This document shows, piece by piece, positions 1-22,299 of a stretch of DNA of 35,896 nt (position 1 is the first letter of the stretch; each line of letters begins with the position of its first letter). The notes beneath the pieces are model-generated. The model was not told the DNA's origin. It worked only from the letters and a program-made list of their open reading frames with translations, and did no database searches. This DNA is from Eledone cirrhosa. Taxonomy: Eukaryota. A program made the translations under genes and the position numbers. Where the stretch lies: positions 1 to 35,896 of the forward strand of contig CAXHJY010001476.1 in NCBI GenBank assembly GCA_964016885.1, given 5' to 3'.

Positions 1-299
1 AAAAAAAACTTGGTACATCTACATATGTATACGTGTGTGTATTCATATACATACTAGTATTTCAGTATACATATATGGATGTACATCTTTGACTTAATTG
101 TTTGAGCGTCAGTCATACAAAAGTGAGTTACAAACGAAACGAAATTTAATTTCGTTTCGTTATTTGTTTTTATCGTCTCCGTTGAACCGGTACTTACTCA
201 CACTCTATGCAAGTTGGTCTGCCCACTACTAATTTTCATAGAAAAAGCATATAGCGATATGTGCTTTTACGATTCTCTAGAGTGGCCGGAAGATAGGTA

Positions 300-344
300 A
301 ATATTGCTGATGAGTTGTAACAACAACGAAACTAGTTCAATATT
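300..344 (+). ncRNA. Minimal type I hammerhead ribozyme (469-bp unit, copy 1)
   Basis: AATATTG-CTGATGA-GTTGT-AACA-ACAAC-GAAA-CTAG-TT/CAATATT: 7-bp helix I, intact CUGAUGA/GAAA core, 5-bp helix II, palindromic CUAG helix III loop, GUU triplet (predicted cut 337/338). Confidence 0.9.
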
Positions 345-768
345 CCTTGTCTGGCTTTCTGGAGAATAGAGGAAAGGTGTTTCCTCAAAAACCAGTATGA
401 CTCTAAAAACCGGTTTGTCTGTGTGTTTACATACAGAATAGCTGGCCACTCACAGTAAAGTGATCAGTGAAAAAAAACTTGGTACATCTACATATGTATA
501 CGTGTGTGTATTCATATACATACTAGTATTTCAGTATACATATATGGATGTACATCTTTGACTTAATTGTTTGAGCGTCAGTCATACAAAAGTGAGTTAC
601 AAACGAAACGAAATTTAATTTCGTTTCGTTATTTGTTTTTATCGTCTCCGTTGAACCGGTACTTACTCACACTCTATGCAAGTTGGTCTGCCCACTACTA
701 ATTTTCATAGAAAAAGCATATAGCGATATGTGCTTTTACGATTCTCTAGAGTGGCCGGAAGATAGGTA

Positions 769-813
769 AATATTGCTGATGAGTTGTAACAACAACGAAA
801 CTAGTTCAATATT
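769..813 (+). ncRNA. Minimal type I hammerhead ribozyme (469-bp unit, copy 2)
   Basis: Same motif as 300-344, offset by 469 bp. Confidence 0.9.
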
Positions 814-1036
814 CCTTGTCTGGCTTTCTGGAGAATAGAGGAAAGGTGTTTCCTCAAAAACCAGTATGACTCTAAAAACCGGTTTGTCTGTGTGTTTACA
901 TACAGAATAGCTGGCCACTCACAGTAAAGTGATCAGTGAAAAAAAACTTGGTACATCTACATATGTATACGTGTGTGTATTCATATACATACTAGTATTT
1001 CAGTATACATATATGGATGTACATCTTTGACTTAAT

Positions 1037-2112
<1,076 letters not shown>

Positions 2113-2117
<5 letters not shown>

Positions 2118-2738
2118 TATATAATATTTTGAGAATAAGCTCGCAGTCCTTTACAATAATTAAGCTCCAGGAAAGGGTCATTTCCGAGCAGTTAAATACA
2201 TTAAAATATATGATAAACACAAAACGTGTTTGCATTGCAACAGACAGTCAGCTATTAATGAAATAAACTAATTAAAGTGAATACAATTTCTCTGTCTCGA
2301 TATAAGTCAATAAAGACAATCTTACATTGGCAACTGCCATGATTCCTGGACAGATTTAAATTTCAAAATCCAAACCTGTTCTGTAGACGAATTTGAACCT
2401 CGAAACCTTTCGCAATGGTGGTATGTGAATTTAAAAAATAAAGAGAATCGAAATGGAATTGAAATAAAGAGTGAAATATCCAAATCTTCTGTGCATATCA
2501 ACAGGAATCCAGTAGAAATTAATACATTTCACATCAAAAAATTTTGCAAGTCTGACTACACGTGTATAGCCAGACCAAACTAGCCGCCCCGCATTAACGG
2601 TGCTAGAAATAACAGCCATATATGCGGGATTAAAAATCAGCTCTAACATTTAAGGAGCAATATACTATATAATATTTTGAGAATAAGCTCTCAGTCCTTT
2701 ACAATAATTAAGACGTTTTGTGTTTATCATATATTTTA

Positions 2739-2743
<5 letters not shown>
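2113..2743 (-). mobile_element. Non-coding element: 548-bp unit + partial tandem copy + short terminal inversion
   Basis: 2113-2164 is repeated at 2661-2712 (period 548). 2713-2743 is the reverse complement of 2197-2227. TA flanks both sides. Strand is inferred from a G-U-containing hairpin that pairs fully only on the minus strand and from the inversion position. Confidence 0.65.
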
Positions 2744-4704
<1,961 letters not shown>

Positions 4705-5741
4705 TGTGGTGCATGCAACAACATCCCTCAACAACATCCCTCACTAGCTATGCTGATGACACTAAGGTAGCACAGGCAATCAAAAACCCGGCTGACGCTG
4801 CCCTCTTACAGCAGGATCTGGATGCCATATACAGATGGGCGGAAGAAAACAACATGCAGTTTAATGCTGGCAAATTCCAAGCCCTACAATACAAACCTGC
4901 AAACACAAACACAAATATAGCGGAACACAGCTACACAGGACCAGGAGGGACCGATATCCCCGTGTCAAAATCGATACGAGACCTGGGCATAGACATGAGC
5001 GATGATGCATCTTTTTCTTCACACATCATGAAGGTGGCGACAGCATGTAGACGATTCGCTGGCTGGATCTTGAGGACTTTCCTTACAAGAGATCGAGACA
5101 CCATGTTGACACTGTGGAGGACTTTTGTCCTAAGCCGCCTGGACTACTGCTCCCAGCTGTGGTCACCCCATAGTGTCAAACTAACCACAGAGCTTGAGGC
5201 AATCCAGCGAAGCTACACCAAGAGGATTGCCAAGATGAGGGAGACAAGCTACTGGGAGAGGCTGAAGGAACTGAACCTCTACTCCTTGGAGCGAAGACGG
5301 GAGAGATACGCAGTGATCTACATGTGGAAAATCCTGGAGGGACTAGCACCAAACTTTGGCATTGGGAGCTGGACCAACCGTCGAACAGGACGTCACTGTG
5401 TGGTGCCAAAGGTCCGTCTTCCACATCTAGAATAAGGAGCAGGTATTGCAATAGCCTGGGATTCAAGGGCCCTCAACTCTTCAACAGGCTGCCGAGGCAT
5501 CTGCGAGACTTGCATGACGTGGAGGTGGATGTCTTTAAGAAACATATCGACACCTTGTTATCCAGGATCCCTGATGAGCCCACAGCAAGACACGAGGGAA
5601 ACCTAAGGGCAGCAGCAACAAACTCCCTCCTACACCAGTGGCCAACCTATACAGGCTGGAGATAAAATGTGTAGCAACAAGGGCGGTGCCCCAGCATGGC
5701 CTCAGCCGGATGGCTGAAACAGGTAAAAGAGTAAAAGAGTA
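4705..5741 (+). mobile_element. 5'-truncated CR1/L2-group LINE, family A copy 1 (RT C-terminus + 3' UTR)
   Basis: [25 protein letters not shown] and [11 protein letters not shown] motifs. 1-bp frameshift near 5413 and a short duplication near 4720-4741. 3' stem-loop and (GTAAAAGA)2 tail run into TA. Confidence 0.93.
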
Positions 5742-12390
<6,649 letters not shown>

Positions 12391-14324
12391 AAATTTGAAA
12401 TGTTTTGGCCAATATTGTCCCAGGCCATGTCTAACTTAATAGCACCACCTGGCGAAGTCTTTCAATTCAAGATTTGGGCACCATGGCCCATACGAGAAGA
12501 GAATTACTGTTTGCGGAGACATATCAGGGTGTGGGTGGTTTGTCCGGGATTACTTGGAGGAATTTGTCCAAAGACTTCTTGAATTTTGTGTGGTCAATTT
12601 CTGTTTTGACGTGTCATGGTGTGATGTTGAAGAGAGCAGGGCCAATTGAGGTGAAATAATTTTGCCGTATTGTTGTTATGAGTTGCGATTTAGATTTTTG
12701 TATGGGACGGATAGCACGAGGCCCAAGCCTTGGGTGTATCTTGAAGGCGATGCCAAAATCATTTGGGCAGTGATGATGGAACATTTTCCACATCATGCAG
12801 ATATTATAACGCTCACGGCGACGTTGGAGTGAGTAAAGTTTCAGCTTTTCTAGTCGACCCCAGTAGTCAAGGTCTGACATGCCATCTATCTTTTTCGTGA
12901 TTTACCCTTTGAGGAGCTTCAAGTTTCATGATACTTTGTTTCGTGTGGGGAGACCACAGTGGACAACAGTATTCAAGGTGTGGTCGGGAAAAAGTAGAGA
13001 AGAGAAGGATAATGGTGTGGGAATCTCTCGACTGGAAGGTTCTGAGGATCCAGGAACACATTCTGCGGGCCATGTCAACTTTGCTGCTTATATGCGTGGC
13101 CCAGCTTATGTTGCTGTCCACGGTTACTCCCAAGTCTCTGATGTTGTTAGATGCCACGAGAGTTTCCCTGGAGGGAAGGGAGTACGGGAGTTTCAGAGCA
13201 TCCTCGTTTCCAAAGTGGATCAGTTCGAATTTGTCTTCGTTCAGAAACATGTTGTTCTTTTCCGCCCATTGGGTAACAGCCAGTAGGTCTGACTGAAGGC
13301 TTATCCGGTTATCCACGCCATTGATGACCTTTTGGAGCTTGGAATCATCAGCGAAAATGTTAATGTTGCTGTGTTTGATGATGTCAGTGATGTCATTAAT
13401 ATAGATGATGAAGAGAAGAGTGTCCAACACAGTGCCTTGTGGGACCCCACTACTGACTTTGGCTGGGCTGGATTTGACTCCTTCAACTACAACATGTTGG
13501 GTTCTGTTTGACAGGAAGCTCTTGATCCACTGCAGCAGCTTTCCAGTGACACCAATATTGGACAGTTTTCTCAGTAGAATGTTATGATCAACCCTCTCAA
13601 AGGCCTTGCTGAAATCAAGGTAGATAACATCAGTGTTGGAACCCTCTCCCAAGGCTCTCAAAATGTCATCAAAGTGATGCAGTAGCTGCGTCAGGCAATC
13701 CCTTCCATTACGGAATCCATGCTGGTTGGAGTTCAGTATATTGTTACTCTCAAGGAAGTGGGTCATTCGCGATCTCACCACTCTCTCAAATACCTTAATA
13801 ATATGAGAGGTGAGTGAGATTGGACTGTAATTCACGGCAAGGGATTTGTTTCCTTTTTTGAAAACTGGGACAACAGACTGGGATAGAAGGTTTTCTGGCG
13901 CATATCCAGCATCCAGTGAGTTCCGCCACAGATTGGGAAGAGGAGATGCAAGTTGGTGTTGACACGCCTTCAAGACACAAGCAGGGAACCTATCGGGACC
14001 TACTGCTGAATTATGCTTGATTTCCTTTATTGCCGTTAAGACATCAGGGGCGCCAAACGTTATGTCCTATAAGGTGTAATGGGGAGTAACCTCGCCGATA
14101 CAACCCAGATCGGCCATATCAGGATTGCTGAAAACAGAGCAGTATTGTTTCTGCAGTATCTCACCCATGGTTTTAGCATTGTCTTGAAGAGTGCCATTTT
14201 CATCAATTAGAGGGCCAACAGTAGAGCCAGTAATTTTGTGTTTTTTTGCAAATGAAAAGAACACTTTGGGATTGAGTTTCATCTTCTCAATGGACCAGGC
14301 CTCTTCAGCTCTTCTCTGATACAA
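12391..14324 (-). mobile_element. Decayed 5'-truncated CR1/L2-group LINE, family B (RT domain)
   Basis: Frameshifted ORF pieces 14067-14324, 12867-13973 and 12614-12880 with NYSPISLTS, QHGFR, YLDFSKAF, GVPQG, FADDSK, LEYCCPLWSP and LYSLQRRRERY. TA flanks both sides. Confidence 0.93.
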
Positions 14325-14330
14325 TATATG

Positions 14331-14385
<55 letters not shown>

Positions 14386-14394
14386 ATATGTATT

Positions 14395-14472
<78 letters not shown>

Positions 14473-14473
14473 A

Positions 14474-14560
<87 letters not shown>

Positions 14561-14612
14561 TATGTGTATATATAGATATATATATGTATATATATATATA
14601 TACATATATATG

Positions 14613-14645
<33 letters not shown>

Positions 14646-14660
14646 GTATATATATATACA

Positions 14661-14740
<80 letters not shown>

Positions 14741-14796
14741 GATATGTATATGTATATATAGATATATATATGTATATATATATATATATGTATATT

Positions 14797-14830
<34 letters not shown>

Positions 14831-14870
14831 TATAAAAGTTTACATATATATATACATACACATACATATA

Positions 14871-15437
14871 CGTGTTTTGCAACTGGTCACTTTTTGGCTC
14901 AATGAAAAATTAATAAATGAAACAATCCGAGCGAGCTATATATCATAAAACATGTCTATAGAATCACAAGATAAAATATATACTATTTCCTCTCCCAATT
15001 AGCATAATTAACTATTTAAAAAACGAATAGACCAGGCTATACGAATGAGGCTTCTATGAAGGAATCTCCAACAAATAACCAAAACTAGCGTTTCGCGTCG
15101 GCCGTAGTGGAATATTTTTCGAATGTTTCGACAGCGTAATCGCCTAGATACAGTCAACTAAGCAGAATTAGGTTTAAAATATACTAGGAGAAAATAGAAT
15201 ACACTTAAATACCTCTACCATGGTTTCGTCCGTGTTTTGAGTTATACAATAATTATGTAATAATTATATAAACTCGAGCGCCGGATTCTTCAGGAAGCTC
15301 GCTCATATGTAGACATTAAATTTTCCAAAACGATCGCGCCGAGAATTCATTTCAAAATGGGTAAAAATAGTTAATTATGCTAATTGGGAGAGGAAATAGT
15401 ATATATTTTATCTTATGATTCTATAGGCATGTTTTAT

Positions 15438-15444
<7 letters not shown>
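14871..15444 (-). mobile_element. Non-coding element with ~80-bp inverted repeats and an internal hammerhead
   Basis: 14938-15017 is the near-perfect reverse complement of 15365-15444. Hammerhead at 15211-15298 on the minus strand. TA flanks. Confidence 0.8.
15211..15298 (-). ncRNA. Type I hammerhead ribozyme with elongated helix II
   Basis: Minus strand reads GCTTC-CTGAAGA-ATCCG...long hairpin...CGGAC-GAAA-CCATGG-TA/GAGGT. Palindromic CCAUGG helix III, GUA triplet, A-C mismatch at the base of helix II, short helix I with G-U pairs. Confidence 0.75.
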
Positions 15445-15491
<47 letters not shown>

Positions 15492-15554
15492 GGAACCAAT
15501 AAGACCCCGACAGCTGAGCTCAAGCCGTTTCAACGGCTAATATATATATATATG

Positions 15555-15585
<31 letters not shown>

Positions 15586-15742
15586 GTATATATATGTATA
15601 TGTATATGTATATATATGTATATGTATATATATATATGTATATGTATATATATATGTATATATATATATATGTATATGTATCTATATATATATGTATATA
15701 TATATATGTATATATATATATGTATATGTATATATATATATG

Positions 15743-15799
<57 letters not shown>

Positions 15800-15830
15800 G
15801 TATATGTATATATATATGTATATATATATG

Positions 15831-15861
<31 letters not shown>

Positions 15862-15890
15862 GTATATATATATGCATATATATATATATG

Positions 15891-15921
<31 letters not shown>

Positions 15922-16062
15922 GTATATGTATATGTATATATATATATGTATATATATATATGTATATATATATGTATATGTATATGTATATATATATATA
16001 TATGTATATGTATATGTATATATATACATATGTATATGTATATATAGATATATATATATATG

Positions 16063-16113
<51 letters not shown>

Positions 16114-16167
16114 GTGTATATGTATATATATATATATATGTATATGTATATATATATGTATATGTAT

Positions 16168-16524
16168 TCTGAGGCGGGTAAAATTCTCGAGATCCATGGA
16201 CGAGTTCTGTCCAGCGGCCTCTGTCCTTAGGGCATCAACATACGTTAACCCTGGTCTTCCTCTTCTAGTGTGGCCATGTAGGGGCTCCCAAAGGAGCACT
16301 GAGTGCAATGTCAACTCTGGATGTCGGTGAGCATGTCCAGCTAACCTCAGTCTCCTCTGTGTTACTTTTGAGCTGACTTTTGGGATGCTCCCATACAGCT
16401 CTGAGTTTTTCATCCTCAGTGTATACTGATTAATGTTCAGAGCCATCCTCAGCATTCTCGTGTAGCACCCATCCATCATCTCAGTGAGGTTCTTGGTCAG
16501 TGTGCAAGTCTCAGACCCATACAT
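16168..16524 (-). mobile_element. RTE-clade LINE C-terminal fragment
   Basis: YGSET...TRMLRMAL...QRRLRLAGH...RRGRP motifs typical of the RTE ORF C-terminus. TA flanks. Confidence 0.85.
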
Positions 16525-16609
16525 GTATATCTATATATATATATATGTTTATACATATGTATATATATATATATATATATGTATGTGTATATATATATAT
16601 GTATATGTA

Positions 16610-17986
16610 TACTCTTTTACTCTTTTACCTGTTTCAGCCATCCGGCTGAGGCCATGCTGTGGCACCGCCCTTGTTGCTACACATTTTATCTCCAGCCTGT
16701 ATAGGTTGGCCACTGGTGTAGTAGGGAGTTTGTTGCTGCTGCCCTTAGGTTTCCCTCGTGTCTTGCTGTGGGCTCATCCGGGATCCTGGATAACAAGGTG
16801 TCGAGATGTTTCTTAAAGACATCCACCTCCACGTCATGCAAGTCTCGCAGATGCCTCGGCAGCCTGTTGAAGAGTTGAGGGCCCTTGAATCCCAGGCTAT
16901 TGCAATACCTGCTCCTTATTCTAGATGTGGAAGACGGGACCTTTGGCACCACACAGTGACGTCCTGTTCGACGGTTGGTCCAGCTCCCAATGCCAAAGTT
17001 TGGTGCTAGTCCCTCCAGGATTTTCCACATGTAGATCACTGCGTATCTCTCCCGTCTTCGCTCCAAGGAGTAGAGGTTCAGTTCCTTCAGCCTCTCCCAG
17101 TAGCTTGTCTCCCTCATCTTGGCAATCCTCTTGGTGTAGCTTCGCTGGATTGCCTCAAGCTCTGTGGTTAGTTTGACACTATGGGGTGACCACAGCTGGG
17201 AGCAGTAGTCCAGGCGGCTTAGGACAAAAGTCTTCCACAGTGTCAACATGGTGTCTCGATCTCTTGTAAGGAAAGTCCTCAAGATCCAGCCAGCGAATCG
17301 TCTACATGTTGTCGCCACCTTCATGATGTGTGAAGAAAAAGATGCATCATCGCTCATGTCTATGCCCAGGTCTCGTATCGATTTTGACATGGGGATATCG
17401 TTCCCTCCTGGTCCTGTGTAGCTGTGTTCCGCTATATTTGTGTTTGTGTTTGCAGATTTGTATTGTAGGGCTTGGAATTTGCCAGCATTAAACTGCATGT
17501 TGTTTTCTTCCGCCCATCTGTATATGGCATCCAGATCCTGCTGTAAGAGGGCAGCGTCAGCCGGGTTTTTGATTGCCTGTGCTATCTTAGGGTCATCAGC
17601 ATATCTAGTGAGGGATGTTGTTGCATGCACCACAGAGGGCATGTCCGAGAGAGCCACAAAAACAGTAGTGGTCCCAGGACTGTCCCCTGGGGCACCCCAC
17701 TTGTTATCGGTGTTTCCCTCGAGAGGGCCCCATTTGCTGCGACTGCCTGGCTTCTGTCCCTTAGGAAGCCATGCAGCCACTCACCTACTTTTCCAGTTAT
17801 GCCGAGTCCGTGTAGTTTGTGACATATCATTCCGTGGTCGACCTTGTCAAAGGCCTTCGCAAAGTCAAGATATATCACGTCTACATGTGAGCTGTCTAGT
17901 AGTTGTCTCAGTACCCAGTCGCAGTGATGTAGCAGCTGTGTAAGGCAGCTTCTTCCTGGGCGGAAGCCATGTTGCGTGCTAGTCAT
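16610..17986 (-). mobile_element. 5'-truncated CR1/L2-group LINE, family A copy 2
   Basis: [23 protein letters not shown] and [10 protein letters not shown], then a frameshift near 17660 into YADD...SLERRRERY. Same 3' tail as copy 1. Confidence 0.94.
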
Positions 17987-19137
<1,151 letters not shown>

Positions 19138-19487
19138 TATTGGTAAACGGAATAGAAAATGCTGACAAATTGTTCACAGTTGAAAAATGGTTTAATTAGG
19201 AATAAAAGAGTATTAGTGATTGTATGGGTTAGTATTCAGTTGTGGTTTTAAGTTTTTAAGTTTTTACCGGTTGCGCATTTCTAAATGCTTTTCAAAAATA
19301 ATTTTGAGATAGAGTGTCCCTGCTGTTTGCTCTGATCTGATTAGTTTTGGGAATTCTACCTGTTTTTATGTTAAAAAAATGGCTCCAGCAAAAATTATGG
19401 TCAAAACAATTTTGATTGGTCGGTAGAGGTCATGTGGATAAAAAATTGGTTTTGCGCCAAGATTGAGAAATGACTCTTTCACAACAA

Positions 19488-19555
<68 letters not shown>

Positions 19556-19624
19556 TAGTAGTAGTAAGGTGTTCGATGCTGCGACAATAGCCACCAGCGA
19601 TGTGTGTCAAATGGCTATTAAGAT

Positions 19625-19662
<38 letters not shown>

Positions 19663-21077
19663 ACATACACACAGCAGAGTCATTCGAAGGTCAAAAGATA
19701 TTTTTCAGCTTTTGTCTTATACGGAGAAGTGCGTGTGTGTGTGTGTGTGTGTATAAGTCTCTTTGTATGTTGATGTACGCGTGTGTATGTGTTTGTGTAT
19801 ATATGTGTGTGTGTGTGTGTGTGCGTGTGTGGGTGGACCAGTATTTTTTTCCCCCCTGGTAAAATGGTGTACATTATTCGATTTTTTCAGTAAAAAAAAG
19901 TTCTCTTAATAGAACATCAACAATCTTAACAATAAAAGGTGTGAAATGATATTCACTATATATATATATACACACACACACACATATATATATTTTCACT
20001 ACATATATATATATATATATACATATATACATACATATATATGCACATATATTTTTTTGTATTGCACCATAGAGCATGTGTGTTTACGTGTGTCATTGTG
20101 TTTATATGTGGGTAGAGATGTGTGCTGATGTAGGTATGTATGTTGACGTGTGTATGTTGTGGGTTCGTCTTAGGGAGAAGTGTTTAGACGGGGTCCGTAT
20201 TTGTTAATGAAGTAAGATTCCTTGCTGATGCGCTGGGTGTGGGTGGCATTATCTTTAAATTTGTAGAGGGGAAAGATTCTGAAGTTGGGATGATTTTGGG
20301 CGGCGCAGGTATCAATGTGTTCACTCAGTGGTATTTTCCTGTATTCCCGTATTTTAATTTGGGATCTATGGACAGTCATGCGTTGGCGGAGGCTGTTTTT
20401 GGTCTGGCCTATGTATTGTTCTCGACAACCTGAACAAGTTAATACATATATTAAATTTTCCGATGCACATGTGAAATTGTGTTTTACTATAAAACGTTGT
20501 CCATCTTTGAAATAGAATTCCGAACCCTCTATTAGGTTGATGCAAATGCCACAGTTGGGTCTATCGCATTTTTTTACTGTGGGTTTCGTTGTTGTGGTTG
20601 GCAGTACTTTGGCATGTGTTAAGATGTTTTTCATTGACTTGGATTGTCTTTTGCTCTTGTGTGTGTGTGTATATATATATAGTGAATATCATTTCACACC
20701 TTTTATTGTTAAGATTGTTGATGTTCTATTAAGAGAACCGATTTTACTGAAAAAATCGAATAATGTACACCATTTTACCAGGGGGGAAAAAAATACTGGT
20801 CCACCCACACACGCACACACACACACACACACATATATACACAAGCACATACACACGCGTACATCAACATACAAAGAGACTTATACACACACACACACAC
20901 ACACACGCACTTCTCCGTATAAGACAAAGGCTGAAAAATATCTTTTGACCTTCGAATGACTCTGCTGTGTGTATGTACGCACACACACACACACACACAC
21001 ACACACTTATCTTAATAGACATTTGACACACATCGCTGGTGGCTATTGTCGCAGCATCGAACACCTTACTACTACTA

Positions 21078-21143
<66 letters not shown>

Positions 21144-21668
21144 ACATTTGTTGTGAAAGAGTCATTTCTCAATCTTGGCGCAAGACCAATTTTTTATCCA
21201 CATGACCTCTACCGACCAATCAAAATTGTTTTGACCATAATTTTTGCTGGAGCCACTTTTCTAACATTTTAACATAAAAACAGTCTTGGCGCAAAATCAA
21301 CTATTTACATTCACATGACCTCTACCGACCAATCAAAATTGTTTTGACCACAAGCATTTTTGCAACACAAAAATAACGCTGGAGCCATTTTTTTAACATA
21401 AAAACAGGTAGAATTCCCAAAACTAATCAGATCAGAGCAAACAGCAGGGACACTCTATCTCAAAATTATTTTTGAAAAGCATTTAGAAATGCGCAACCGG
21501 TAAAAACTTAAAAACTTAAAACCACAACTGAATACTAACCCATACAATCACTAATACTCTTTTATTCCTAATTAAACCATTTTTCAACTGTGAACAATTT
21601 GTCAGCATTTTCTATTCCGTTTACCAATATATAATAACTTGTGTGTTACACCTCTATTCTTTTAACTA
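19138..21668 (-). mobile_element. 5'-truncated Penelope-like element with inverted pLTR-like arms
   Basis: Arms ~19138-19984 and ~20658-21629 are reverse complements (CA/TG-rich) and enclose a GIY-YIG coding fragment. The right arm has an extra ~125-bp internal duplication and a ~38-bp extension. Confidence 0.85.
20170..20657 (-). pseudogene. GIY-YIG endonuclease domain of a Penelope-like element (RT portion truncated)
   Basis: SKRQ-linker, CDRPNCGIC Cys motif, NLIYVLTC..C...YIGQT, RQRM..H, SEH, KES.FI...PRLN. The frame is open upstream of the listed Met (20634) until it is cut by the inverted arm. Confidence 0.88.
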
Positions 21669-21676
21669 TATATATG

Positions 21677-21753
<77 letters not shown>

Positions 21754-21756
21754 GTG

Positions 21757-21835
<79 letters not shown>

Positions 21836-21838
21836 GTG

Positions 21839-21905
<67 letters not shown>

Positions 21906-22126
21906 GTATATATATGTATATATAGATATATATATATATATATGTATATATATGTATATATATATATATATATATATGTATAAATATATATATGTATATA
22001 TATATATGTATATATACATGTATATATATATATATGTATAAATATATATATGTATATATATATATGTATATATACATGTATATATATATATATGTATATG
22101 TATTTATATATATGTATATATACATG

Positions 22127-22249
<123 letters not shown>

Positions 22250-22299
22250 TATATATATATATATATATTTTATATATATATATATATATATGTATATAT

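Noticed and set aside
267-918. Repeated 60-aa ORF (and the 66-aa ORFs at 26165 and 26662)
   Set aside because: Antisense to the hammerheads, no recognisable domain, and the peptide is not conserved between the homologous families.
2380-2415. TAGACGA...GAAA hammerhead-like string
   Set aside because: Core is altered and helices I and II do not pair convincingly.
15100-15200. Distant homology between the 15-kb element and the 310-bp unit (gtattctatt, gcgatta, gaatatt hairpin)
   Set aside because: Matches are short and AT-rich and cannot be distinguished from chance without alignment statistics.
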